Shown one piece after another: positions 39,401-53,329 of a stretch of DNA of 64,000 nucleotides. The notes below the pieces were generated by a model that saw nothing but the letters and a program-made list of their open reading frames with translations, was not told the DNA's origin and made no database searches. Location: the NCBI GenBank assembly GCA_043228905.1, contig JBHGNT010000026.1:62001-126000 (forward strand). The letters run 5' to 3'. A program made the position numbers and the translations under genes. The DNA comes from Azolla caroliniana (lineage: Eukaryota > Plantae > Polypodiophyta). Positions within the stretch are counted from its first letter, which is position 1, and each line of letters starts with the position of its first letter.

Positions 39401-42400
39401 GGAATTTTGTGTACAAACATGCGAATCGAAGCTAACAACGCTAGCTATGATATGGAATTGAAAAATCAAGATTTTGAAACTCAGGTCGAGAGACATGACG
39501 AAATTAGCAAATTTGAGGAGTGAGTTGAGAGGAGCCCTTGAGTAAATAAAAATGTTCATACCTAGCTCGTGTGATATCGGATTTTTGTGTACAAACATGC
39601 GAATCGAAGCTAACAACGCTAGCTATGACATGGAATTAAAAAATCAAGATTATGAAACTCAGGTCGAGAGACATGACGAAATTACCAAATTTGAGGAGGG
39701 AGTTAAGAAGAGCTATTAGGTAAATTAAAATGTTCATACCTGGCTCGTGTGATATCGGATTTTTGTGTTCAAACATGCGAATCGAAGCTAACAACGCTAG
39801 CTATGATATAGAATTAAAAAATCAAGATTTTGAAACTCAGGTCGAGAGACATGACGAAATTAGCAAATTTGAGGAGGGAGTTGAGAGAAGCCCTTGAGTA
39901 AATTAAAATGTTCATACCTAGCGAGTGTGATATCGGAATTTTGTGTACAAACATGCGAATCGAAGCTAACAACGCTAGCTATGATATGGAATTGAAAAAT
40001 CAAGATTTTGAAACTCAGGTCGAGAGACATGACGAAATTAGCAAATTTGAGGAGTGAGTTGAGATGAGCCCTTGAGTAAATAAAAATGTTCATACCTAGC
40101 TCGTGTGATATCGGATTTTTGTGTACAAACATGCGAATCGAAGCCAACAACGCTAGCTATGACATGGAATTAAAAAATCAAGATTATGAAACTCAGGTCG
40201 AGAGACATGACGAAATTACCAAATTTGAGGAGGGAGTTAAGAAGAGCTATTAGGTAAATTAAAATGTTCATACCTGGCTCGTGTGATATCGGATTTTTGT
40301 GTTCAAACATGCGAATCGAAGCTAACAACGCTAGCTATGATATAGAATTAAAAAATCAAGATTTTGACACTCAGGTCGAGAGACATGACGAAATTACCAA
40401 ATTTGAGGAGTGAGTTGAGAGGAGCCCTTGAGTAAATTAAAATGTTCATACATAGCGAGTGTGATATCGGATTTTTGTGTACAAACATGCGAATCGAAGC
40501 TAACAACGCTAGCTATGATATGGAATTAAAAAATCAAGATTTTGAAACTAAGGTCGAGAGACATGACAAAATTACCAAATTTGAGGAGGGAGTTGAGAGG
40601 GGCCCTTGAGTAAATTAAAATGTTCATACCTAGCGAGTGTGATATCAGAATTTTGTGTTCAAACATGCGAATCAAACCTAACAACGCTAGCTATGATCTA
40701 GAATTAAAAAAGCAAGATTTTGAAACTCAGGTCGAGAGTCATGACAGAATTAGCAAATTTGAGGAGTGAGTTGAGAGGAGCCCTTGAGTAAATTAAAATG
40801 GTCATACCTAGCGAGTGTGATATCGGAATTTTGTGTTCAAACATGCGAATCAAACCTAACAACGCTAGCTATGATATGGACTTAAAAAATCAAGATTTTG
40901 AAACTCAGGTCGAGAGACATGACGAAATTACCAACTTTGAGGAGTGAGTTGAGAGAAGCCCTTGAGTAAATTAAAATGTTCATACCTAGCGAGTGTGATA
41001 TCGGAATTTTGTGTTCAAACATGCGAATCAAACCTAACAACGCTAGCTATGATATGGAATTGAAAAATCAAGATTTTGAAACTCAGGTCGAGAGACATGA
41101 CGAAATTAGCAAATTTGAGGAGTGAGTTGAGAGGAGCCCTTGAGTAAATTAAAATGTTCATACCTAGCTCGTGTGATATCGGATTTTTGTGTACAAACAT
41201 GCGAATCGAAGCTAACAACGCTAGCTATGACATGGAATTAAAAAATCAAGATTATGAAACTCAGGTCGAGAGACATGACGAAATTACCAAATTTGAGGAG
41301 GGAGTTAAGAAGAGCTATTAGGTAAATTAAAATGTTCATACCTGGCTCGTGTGATATCGGATTTTTGTGTACAAACATGCGAATTGAAGCTAACAACGCT
41401 AGCTATGATATGGAATTAAAAAATCAAGATTTTGAAACTAAGGTCGAGAGAAATGACGAAATTACCAAATTTGAGGAGGGAGTTGAGAGGAGCCCTTGAG
41501 TATATTAAAATGGTCATACCTAGCGAGTGTGATATCGGATTTTTGTGTTCAAACATGCGAATCGAAGCCAACAACGCTAGCTATGATATGGAGTTAAAAA
41601 ATCAAGATTTTGAAACTCAGGTCGAGAGACATGACGAAATTAGCAAATTTGAGGAGTGAGTTGAGAGGAGCCCTTGAGTAAATTAAAATGGTCATACCTA
41701 GCGAGTGTGATATCGGATTTTTGTGTACAAACATGCGAATCGAAGCTAACAACGCTAGCTATGACATGGAATTAAAAAATCAAGATTATGAAACTCAGGT
41801 CGAGAGACATGACGAAATTACCAAATTTGAGGAGGGAGTTAAGAAGAGCTATTAGGTAAATTAAAATGTTCATACCTGGCTCGTGTGATATCGGAATTTT
41901 GTGTTCAAACATGCGAATCAAACCTAACAACGCTAGCTATGATCTAGAATTAAAAAAGCAAGATTTTGAAACTCAGGTCGAGAGTCATGACGGAATTAGC
42001 AAATTTGAGGAGTGAGTTGAGAGGAGCCCTTGAGTAAATTAAAATGGTCATACCTAGCGAGTGTGATATCGGATTTTTGTGTACAAACATGCGAATCGAA
42101 GCTAACAACGCTAGCTATCATATGGAATTGAAAAATCAAGATTTTGAAACTCAGGTCGAGAGACATGACGAAATTAGCAAATTTGAGGAGTGAGTTGAGA
42201 GAAGCCCTTGAGTAAATTAAAATGTTCATACCTAGCGAGTGTGATATCGGAATTTTGTGTACAAACATGCGAATCGAAGCTAACAACGCTAGCTATGATA
42301 TGGAATTGAAAAATCAAGATTTTGAAACTCAGGTCGAGAGACATGACGAAATTAGCAAATTTGAGGAGTGAGTTGAGAGGAGCCCTTGAGTAAATAAAAA

Positions 42401-45200
42401 TGTTCATACCTAGCTCGTGTGATATCGGATTTTTGTGTACAAACATGCGAATCGAAGCTAACAACGCTAGCTATGACATGGAATTAAAAAATCAAGATTA
42501 TGAAACTCAGGTCGAGAGACATGACGAAATTACCAAATTTGAGGAGGGAGTTAAGAAGAGCTATTAGGTAAATTAAAATGTTCATACCTGGCTCGTGTGA
42601 TATCGGATTTTTGTGTACAAACATGCGAATTGAAGCTAACAACGCTAGCTATGATATGGAATTAAAAAATCAAGATTTTGAAACTAAGGTCGAGAGAAAT
42701 GACGAAATTACCAAATTTGAGGAGGGAGTTGAGAGGAGCCCTTGAGTATATTAAAATGGTCATACCTAGCGAGTGTGATATCGGATTTTTGTGTTCAAAC
42801 ATGCGAATCGAAGCCAACAACGCTAGCTATGATATGGAATTAAAAAATCAAGATTTTGAAACTCAGGTCGAGAGACATGACGAAATTAGCAAATTTGAGG
42901 AGTGAGTTGAGAGGAGCCCTTGAGTATATTAAAATGGTCATACCTAGCGAGTGTGATATCGGATTTTTGTGTACAAACATGCGAATCGAAGCTAACAACG
43001 CTAGCTATCATATGGAATTGAGAAATCAAGATTTTGAAACTCAGGTCGAGAGACATGACGAAATTAGCAAATTTGAGGAGTGAGTTGAGAGAAGCCCTTG
43101 AGTAAATTAAAATGTTCATACCTAGCGAGTGTGATATCGGAATTTTGTGTACAAACATGCGAATCGAAGCTAACAACGCTAGCTATGATATGGAATTGAA
43201 AAATCAAGATTTTGAAACTCAGGTCGAGAGACATGACGAAATTAGCAAATTTGAGGAGTGAGTTGAGAGGAGCCCTTGAGTAAATAAAAATGTTCATACC
43301 TAGCTCGTGTGATATCGGATTTTTGTGTACAAACATGCGAATCGAAGCTAACAACGCTAGCTATGACATGGAATTAAAAAATCAAGATTATGAAACTCAG
43401 GTCGAGAGACATGACGAAATTACCAAATTTGAGGAGGGAGTTAAGAAGAGCTATTAGGTAAATTAAAATGTTCATACCTGGCTCGTGTGATATCGGATTT
43501 TTGTGTTCAAACATGCGAATCGAAGCTAACAACGCTAGCTATGATATAGAATTAAAAAATCAAGATTTTGAAACTCAGGTCGAGAGACATGACGAAATTA
43601 GCAAATTTGAGGAGGGAGTTGAGAGAAGCCCTTGAGTAAATTAAAATGTTCATACCTAGCGAGTGTGATATCGGAATTTTGTGTACAAACATGCGAATCG
43701 AAGCTAACAACGCTAGCTATGATATGGAATTGAAAAATCAAGATTTTGAAACTCAGGTCGAGAGACATGACGAAATTAGCAAATTTGAGGAGTGAGTTGA
43801 GATGAGCCCTTGAGTAAATAAAAATGTTCATACCTAGCTCGTGTGATATCGGATTTTTGTGTACAAACATGCGAATCGAAGCCAACAACGCTAGCTATGA
43901 CATGGAATTAAAAAATCAAGATTATGAAACTCAGGTCGAGAGACATGACGAAATTACCAAATTTGAGGAGGGAGTTAAGAAGAGCTATTAGGTAAATTAA
44001 AATGTTCATACCTGGCTCGTGTGATATCGGATTTTTGTGTTCAAACATGCGAATCGAAGCTAACAACGCTAGCTATGATATAGAATTAAAAAATCAAGAT
44101 TTTGACACTCAGGTCGAGAGACATGACGAAATTACCAAATTTGAGGAGTGAGTTGAGAGGAGCCCTTGAGTAAATTAAAATGTTCATACATAGCGAGTGT
44201 GATATCGGATTTTTGTGTACAAACATGCGAATCGAAGCTAACAACGCTAGCTATGATATGGAATTAAAAAATCAAGATTTTGAAACTAAGGTCGAGAGAC
44301 ATGACAAAATTACCAAATTTGAGGAGGGAGTTGAGAGGGGCCCTTGAGTAAATTAAAATGTTCATACCTAGCGAGTGTGATATCAGAATTTTGTGTTCAA
44401 ACATGCGAATCAAACCTAACAACGCTAGCTATGATCTAGAATTAAAAAAGCAAGATTTTGAAACTCAGGTCGAGAGTCATGACAGAATTAGCAAATTTGA
44501 GGAGTGAGTTGAGAGGAGCCCTTGAGTAAATTAAAATGGTCATACCTAGCGAGTGTGATATCGGAATTTTGTGTTCAAACATGCGAATCAAACCTAACAA
44601 CGCTAGCTATGATATGGACTTAAAAAATCAAGATTTTGAAACTCAGGTCGAGAGACATGACGAAATTACCAACTTTGAGGAGTGAGTTGAGAGAAGCCCT
44701 TGAGTAAATTAAAATGTTCATACCTAGCGAGTGTGATATCGGAATTTTGTGTACAAACATGCGAATCGAAGCTAATAACGCTAGCTATGATATGGAATTG
44801 AAAAATCAAGATTTTGAAACTCAGGTCGAGAGACATGACGAAATTAGCAAATTTGAGGAGTGAGTTGAGAGGAGCCCTTGAGTAAATAGAAATGTTCATA
44901 CCTAGCTCGTGTGATATCGGATTTTTGTGTACAAACATGCGAATCGAAGCTAACAACGCTAGCTATGACATGGAATTAAAAAATCAAGATTATGAAACTC
45001 AGGTCGAGAGACATGACGAAATTACCAAATTTGAGGAGGGAGTTAAGAAGAGCTATTAGGTAAATTAAAATGTTCATACCTGGCTCGTGTGATATCGGAT
45101 TTTTGTGTACAAACATGCGAATTGAAGCTAACAACGCTAGCTATGATATGGAATTAAAAAATCAAGATTTTGAAACTAAGGTCGAGAGAAATGACGAAAT
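31500..45200. repeat. 21-mer higher-order repeat 'Y' (3738 bp), three full copies plus partial flanks
   Basis: The GATATCAG variant lies at 33169, 36907, 40645 and 44383. ORFs 33956/37694/41432, 35202/38940/42678 and 36122/39860/43598 are all spaced 3738 = 21 x 178. Confidence 0.93.
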
Positions 45201-48200
45201 TACCAAATTTGAGGAGGGAGTTGAGAGGAGCCCTTGAGTAAATTAAAATGGTCATACCTAGCGAGTGTGATATCGGATTTTTGTGTACAAACATGCGAAT
45301 CGAAGCTAACAACGCTAGCTATCATATGGAATTGAAAAATCAAGATTTTGAAACTCAGGTCGAGAGACATGACGAAATTAGGAAATTTGAGGAGTGAGTT
45401 GAGAGAAGCCCTTGAGTAAATTAAAATGTTCATACCTAGCGAGTGTGATATCGGAATTTTGTGTACAAACATGCGAATCGAAGCTAATAACGCTAGCTAT
45501 GATATGGAATTGAAAAATCAAGATTTTGAAACTCAGGTCGAGAGACATGACGAAATTAGCAAATTTGAGGAGTGAGTTGAGAGGAGCCCTTGAGTAAATA
45601 AAAATGTTCATACCTAGCTCGTGTGATATCGGATTTTTGTGTACAAACATGCGAATCGAAGCTAACAACGCTAGCTATGACATGGAATTAAAAAATCAAG
45701 ATTATGAAACTCAGGTCGAGAGACATGACGAAATTACCAAATTTGAGGAGGGAGTTAAGAAGAGCTATTAGGTAAATTAAAATGTTCATACCTGGCTCGT
45801 GTGATATCGGATTTTTGTGTACAAACATGCGAATTGAAGCTAACAACGCTAGCTATGATATGGAATTAAAAAATCAAGATTTTGAAACTAAGGTCGAGAG
45901 AAATGACGAAATTACCAAATTTGAGGAGGGAGTTGAGAGGAGCCCTTGAGTATATTAAAATGGTCATACCTAGCGAGTGTGATATCGGATTTTTGTGTTC
46001 AAACATGCGAATCGAAGCCAACAACGCTAGCTATGATATGGAATTAAAAAATCAAGATTTTGAAACTCAGGTCGAGAGACATGACGAAATTAGCAAATTT
46101 GAGGAGTGAGTTGAGAGGAGCCCTTGAGTAAATTAAAATGGTCATACCTAGCGAGTGTGATATCGGATTTTTGTGTACAAACATGCGAATCGAAGCTAAC
46201 AACGCTAGCTATCATATGGAATTGAAAAATCAAGATTTTGAAACTCAGGTCGAGAGACATGACGAAATTAGCAAATTTGAGGAGTGAGTTGAGAGAAGCC
46301 CTTGAGTAAATTAAAATGTTCATACCTAGCGAGTGTGATATCGGAATTTTGTGTACAAACATGCGAATCGAAGCTAACAACGCTAGCTATGATATGGAAT
46401 TGAAAAATCAAGATTTTGAAACTCAGGTCGAGAGACATGACGAAATTAGCAAATTTGAGGAGTGAGTTGAGAGGAGCCCTTGAGTAAATAAAAATGTTCA
46501 TACCTAGCTCGTGTGATATCGGATTTTTGTGTACAAACATGCGAATCGAAGCTAACAACGCTAGCTATGACATGGAATTAAAAAATCAAGATTATGAAAC
46601 TCAGGTCGAGAGACATGACGAAATTACCAAATTTGAGGAGGGAGTTAAGAAGAGCTATTAGGTAAATTAAAATGTTCATACCTGGCTCGTGTGATATCGG
46701 ATTTTTGTGTACAAACATGCGAATTGAAGCTAACAACGCTAGCTATGATATGGAATTAAAAAATCAAGATTTTGAAACTAAGGTCGAGAGAAATGACGAA
46801 ATTACCAAATTTGAGGAGGGAGTTGAGAGGAGCCCTTGAGTATATTAAAATGGTCATACCTAGCGAGTGTGATATCGGATTTTTGTGTTCAAACATGCAA
46901 ATCGAAGCCAACAACGCTAGCTATGATATGGAATTAAAAAATCAAGATTTTGAAACTCAGGTCGAGAGACATGACGAAATTAGCAAATTTGAGGAGTGAG
47001 TTGAGAGGAGCCCTTGAGTAAATTAAAATGGTCATACCTAGCGAGTGTGATATCGGATTTTTGTGTACAAACATGCGAATCGAAGCTAACAACGCTAGCT
47101 ATGACATGGAATTAAAAAATCAAGATTATGAAACTCAGGTCGAGAGACATGACGAAATTACCAAATTTGAGGAGGGAGTTAAGAAGAGCTATTAGGTAAA
47201 TTAAAATGTTCATACCTGGCTCGTGTGATATCGGAATTTTGTGTTCAAACATGCGAATCAAACCTAACAACGCTAGCTATGATCTAGAATTAAAAAAGCA
47301 AGATTTTGAAACTCAGGTCGAGAGTCATGACGGAATTAGCAAATTTGAGGAGTGAGTTGAGAGGAGCCCTTGAGTAAATTAAAATGGTCATACCTAGCGA
47401 GTGTGATATCGGATTTTTGTGTACAAACATGCGAATCGAAGCTAACAACGCTAGCTATCATATGGAATTGAAAAATCAAGATTTTGAAACTCAGGTCGAG
47501 AGACATGACGAAATTAGCAAATTTGAGGAGTGAGTTGAGAGAAGCCCTTGAGTAAATTAAAATGTTCATACCTAGCGAGTGTGATATCGGAATTTTGTGT
47601 ACAAACATGCGAATCGAAGCTAATAACGCTAGCTATGATATGGAATTGAAAAATCAAGATTTTGAAACTCAGGTCGAGAGACATGACGAAATTAGCAAAT
47701 TTGAGGAGTGAGTTGAGAGGAGCCCTTGAGTAAATAGAAATGTTCATACCTAGCTCGTGTGATATCGGATTTTTGTGTACAAACATGCGAATCGAAGCTA
47801 ACAACGCTAGCTATGACATGGAATTAAAAAATCAAGATTATGAAACTCAGGTCGAGAGACATGACGAAATTACCAAATTTGAGGAGGGAGTTAAGAAGAG
47901 CTATTAGGTAAATTAAAATGTTCATACCTGGCTCGTGTGATATCGGATTTTTGTGTACAAACATGCGAATTGAAGCTAACAACGCTAGCTATGATATGGA
48001 ATTAAAAAATCAAGATTTTGAAACTAAGGTCGAGAGAAATGACGAAATTACCAAATTTGAGGAGGGAGTTGAGAGGAGCCCTTGAGTAAATTAAAATGGT
48101 CATACCTAGCGAGTGTGATATCGGAATTTTGTGTACAAACATGCGAATCGAAGCTAACAACGCTAGCTATCATATGGAATTGAAAAATCAAGATTTTGAA

Positions 48201-50460
48201 ACTCAGGTCGAGAGACATGACGAAATTAGGAAATTTGAGGAGTGAGTTGAGAGAAGCCCTTGAGTAAATTAAAATGTTCATACCTAGCGAGTGTGATATC
48301 GGAATTTTGTGTACAAACATGCGAATCGAAGCTAATAACGCTAGCTATGATATGGAATTGAAAAATCAAGATTTTGAAACTCAGGTCGAGAGACATGACG
48401 AAATTAGCAAATTTGAGGAGTGAGTTGAGAGGAGCCCTTGAGTAAATAAAAATGTTCATACCTAGCTCGTGTGATATCGGATTTTTGTGTACAAACATGC
48501 GAATCGAAGCTAACAACGCTAGCTATGACATGGAATTAAAAAATCAAGATTATGAAACTCAGGTCGAGAGACATGACGAAATTACCAAATTTGAGGAGGG
48601 AGTTAAGAAGAGCTATTAGGTAAATTAAAATGTTCATACCTGGCTCGTGTGATATCGGATTTTTGTGTACAAACATGCGAATTGAAGCTAACAACGCTAG
48701 CTATGATATGGAATTAAAAAATCAAGATTTTGAAACTAAGGTCGAGAGAAATGACGAAATTACCAAATTTGAGGAGGGAGTTGAGAGGAGCCCTTGAGTA
48801 TATTAAAATGGTCATACCTAGCGAGTGTGATATCGGATTTTTGTGTTCAAACATGCGAATCGAAGCCAACAACGCTAGCTATGATATGGAATTAAAAAAT
48901 CAAGATTTTGAAACTCAGGTCGAGAGACATGACGAAATTAGCAAATTTGAGGAGTGAGTTGAGAGGAGCCCTTGAGTAAATTAAAATGGTCATACCTAGC
49001 GAGTGTGATATCGGATTTTTGTGTACAAACATGCGAATCGAAGCTAACAACGCTAGCTATCATATGGAATTGAAAAATCAAGATTTTGAAACTCAGGTCG
49101 AGAGACATGACGAAATTAGCAAATTTGAGGAGTGAGTTGAGAGAAGCCCTTGAGTAAATTAAAATGTTCATACCTAGCGAGTGTGATATCGGAATTTTGT
49201 GTACAAACATGCGAATCGAAGCTAACAACGCTAGCTATGATATGGAATTGAAAAATCAAGATTTTGAAACTCAGGTCGAGAGACATGACGAAATTAGCAA
49301 ATTTGAGGAGTGAGTTGAGAGGAGCCCTTGAGTAAATAAAAATGTTCATACCTAGCTCGTGTGATATCGGATTTTTGTGTACAAACATGCGAATCGAAGC
49401 TAACAACGCTAGCTATGACATGGAATTAAAAAATCAAGATTATGAAACTCAGGTCGAGAGACATGACGAAATTACCAAATTTGAGGAGGGAGTTAAGAAG
49501 AGCTATTAGGTAAATTAAAATGTTCATACCTGGCTCGTGTGATATCGGATTTTTGTGTACAAACATGCGAATTGAAGCTAACAACGCTAGCTATGATATG
49601 GAATTAAAAAATCAAGATTTTGAAACTAAGGTCGAGAGAAATGACGAAATTACCAAATTTGAGGAGGGAGTTGAGAGGAGCCCTTGAGTATATTAAAATG
49701 GTCATACCTAGCGAGTGTGATATCGGATTTTTGTGTTCAAACATGCAAATCGAAGCCAACAACGCTAGCTATGATATGGAATTAAAAAATCAAGATTTTG
49801 AAACTCAGGTCGAGAGACATGACGAAATTAGCAAATTTGAGGAGTGAGTTGAGAGGAGCCCTTGAGTAAATTAAAATGGTCATACCTAGCGAGTGTGATA
49901 TCGGATTTTTGTGTACAAACATGCGAATCGAAGCTAACAACGCTAGCTATGACATGGAATTAAAAAATCAAGATTATGAAACTCAGGTCGAGAGACATGA
50001 CGAAATTACCAAATTTGAGGAGGGAGTTAAGAAGAGCTATTAGGTAAATTAAAATGTTCATACCTGGCTCGTGTGATATCGGAATTTTGTGTTCAAACAT
50101 GCGAATCAAACCTAACAACGCTAGCTATGATCTAGAATTAAAAAAGCAAGATTTTGAAACTCAGGTCGAGAGTCATGACGGAATTAGCAAATTTGAGGAG
50201 TGAGTTGAGAGGAGCCCTTGAGTAAATTAAAATGGTCATACCTAGCGAGTGTGATATCGGATTTTTGTGTACAAACATGCGAATCGAAGCTAACAACGCT
50301 AGCTATCATATGGAATTGAAAAATCAAGATTTTGAAACTCAGGTCGAGAGACATGACGAAATTAGCAAATTTGAGGAGTGAGTTGAGAGAAGCCCTTGAG
50401 TAAATTAAAATGTTCATACCTAGCGAGTGTGATATCGGAATTTTGTGTACAAACATGCGA
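44700..50460. repeat. 16-mer higher-order repeat (2848 bp), two copies
   Basis: Private variants TAAATAGAAAT (about 44883/47731), ATTAGGAAA (about 45378/48226) and ATGCAAATC (about 46895/49743) are each offset by 2848 = 16 x 178. Confidence 0.92.
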
Positions 50461-50619
50461 ATCGAAGCTAACAACGCTAGCTATGATATGGAATTGAAAA
50501 ATCAAGATTTTGAAACTCAGGTCGAGAGACATGACGAAATTAGCAAATTTGAGGAGTGAGTTGAGAGGAGCCCTTGAGTAAATAAAAATGTTCATACCTA
50601 GCTCGTGTGATATCGGATT

Positions 50620-53160
50620 TTTGTGTTCAAACATGCGAATCGAAGCTAACAACGCTAGCTATGATATGGAATTACAAAATCAAGATTTTGAAACTCCAGG
50701 CGAGAGACATGACGAAATTACCAAATTTGAGGAGTGAGGTTGGAAGAGCGCGTGAGTGAATTAAAATGTTCATACCTGGCTCGTGTGATATCGGATTTTT
50801 GTGTTCAAACATGCGAATCGAAGCTAACAACGCTAGCTATGATATGGACTTAAAAAATCAAGATTTTGAAACTAAGGTCGAGAGACATGACGAAATTACC
50901 AACTTTGAGGAGTGAGTTGAGATGAGCCCTTGAGTATATTAAAATGGTCATACCTAGCGAGTGTGATATCGGATTTTTGTGTTCAAACATGCGAATCGAA
51001 GCCAACAACGCTAGCTATGATATGGAATTAAAAAATCAAGATTTTGAAACTCAGGTCGAGAGACATGACGAAATTAGCAAATTTGAGGAGTGAGTTGAGA
51101 GGAGCCCTTGAGTAAATTAAAATGGTCATACCTAGCGAGTGTGATATCGGATTTTTGTGTACAAACATGCGAATCGAAGCTAACAACGCTAGCTATGACA
51201 TGGAATTAAAAAATCAAGATTATGAAACTCAGGTCGAGAGACATGACGAAATTACCAAATTTGAGGAGGGAGTTAAGAAGAGCTATTAGGTAAATTAAAA
51301 TGTTCATACCTGGCTCGTGTGATATCGGATTTTTGTGTTCAAACATGCGAATCGAAGCTAACAACGCTAGCTATGATATGGAATTAAAAAATCAAGATTT
51401 TGAAACTAAGGTCGAGAGACATGACGAAATTACCAAATTTGAGGAGTGAGTTGAGAGGAGCCCTTGAGTAAATTAAAATGTTCATACCTAGCGAGTGTGA
51501 TATCGGATTTTTGTTTACAAACATGCGAATCGAAGCTAACAACGCTAGCTATGATCTAGAATTAAAAAAGCAAGATTTTGAAACTAAGGTCGAGAGACAT
51601 GACGAAATTAGCAAATTTGAGGAGTGAGTTGAGAGGAGCCCTTGAGTAAATAAAAATGTTCATACCTAGCTCGTGTGATATCGGATTTTTGTGTTGAAAC
51701 ATGCGAATCGAAGCTAACAACGCTAGCTATGATATGGAATTACAAAATCAAGATTTTGAAACTCCAGGCGAGAGACATGACGAAATTACCAAATTTGAGG
51801 AGTGAGGTTGGAAGAGCGCGTGAGTGAATTAAAATGTTCATACCTGGCTCGTGTGATATCGGATTTTTGTGTTCAAACATGCGAATCGAAGCTAACAACG
51901 CTAGCTATGATATGGACTTAAAAAATCAAGATTTTGAAACTCAGGTCGAGAGACATGACGAAATTACCAACTTTGAGGAGTGAGTTGAGATGAGCCCTTG
52001 AGTATATTAAAATGGTCATACCTAGCGAGTGTGATATCGGATTTTTGTGTTCAAACATGCGAATCGAAGCCAACAACGCTAGCTATGATATGGAATTAAA
52101 AAATCAAGATTTTGAAACTCAGGTCGAGAGACATGACGAAATTAGCAAATTTGAGGAGTGAGTTGAGAGGAGCCCTTGAGTAAATTAAAATGGTCATACC
52201 TAGCGAGTGTGATATCGGATTTTTGTGTACAAACATGCGAATCGAAGCTAACAACGCTAGCTATGACATGGAATTAAAAAATCAAGATTATGAAACTCAG
52301 GTCGAGAGACATGACGAAATTACCAAATTTGAGGAGGGAGTTAAGAAGAGCTATTAGGTAAATTAAAATGTTCATACCTGGCTCGTGTGATATCGGATTT
52401 TTGTGTTCAAACATGCGAATCGAAGCTAACAACGCTAGCTATGATATGGAATTAAAAAATCAAGATTTTGAAACTAAGGTCGAGAGACATGACGAAATTA
52501 CCAAATTTGAGGAGTGAGTTGAGAGGAGCCCTTGAGTAAATTAAAATGTTCATACCTAGCGAGTGTGATATCGGATTTTTGTTTACAAACATGCGAATCG
52601 AAGCTAACAACGCTAGCTATGATCTAGAATTAAAAAAGCAAGATTTTGAAACTAAGGTCGAGAGACATGACGAAATTAGCAAATTTGAGGAGTGAGTTGA
52701 GAGGAGCCCTTGAGTAAATAAAAATGTTCATACCTAGCTCGTGTGATATCGGATTTTTGTGTTGAAACATGCGAATCGAAGCTAACAACGCTAGCTATGA
52801 TATGGAATTACAAAATCAAGATTTTGAAACTCCAGGCGAGAGACATGACGAAATTACCAAATTTGAGGAGTGAGATTGGAAGAGCGCGTGAGTGAATTAA
52901 AATGTTCATACCTGGCTCGTGTGATATCGGATTTTTGTGTTCAAACATGCGAATCGAAGCTAACAACGCTAGCTATGATATGGACTTAAAAAATCAAGAT
53001 TTTGAAACTCAGGTCGAGAGACATGACGAAATTACCAACTTTGAGGAGTGAGTTGAGATGAGCCCTTGAGTATATTAAAATGGTCATACCTAGCGAGTGT
53101 GATATCGGATTTTTGTGTTCAAACATGCGAATCGAAGCCAACAACGCTAGCTATGATATG
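50620..53160. repeat. 6-mer higher-order repeat (1068 bp), about 2.4 copies
   Basis: The GAG(G/A)TTGGAAGAGCGCGTG monomer lies at 50736, 51804 and 52872. GTTTAC (51513/52581) and GTGTTGAAAC (51691/52759) are offset by 1068. Confidence 0.9.
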
Positions 53161-53329
53161 GACTTAAAAAATCAAGATTTTGAAACTCAGGTCGAGAGAC
53201 ATGACGAAATTACCAACTTTGAGGAGTGAGTTGAGATGAGCCCTTGAGTATATTAAAATGGTCATACCTAGCGAGTGTGATATCGGATTTTTGTGTTCAA
53301 ACATGCGAATCGAAGCCAACAACGCTAGC

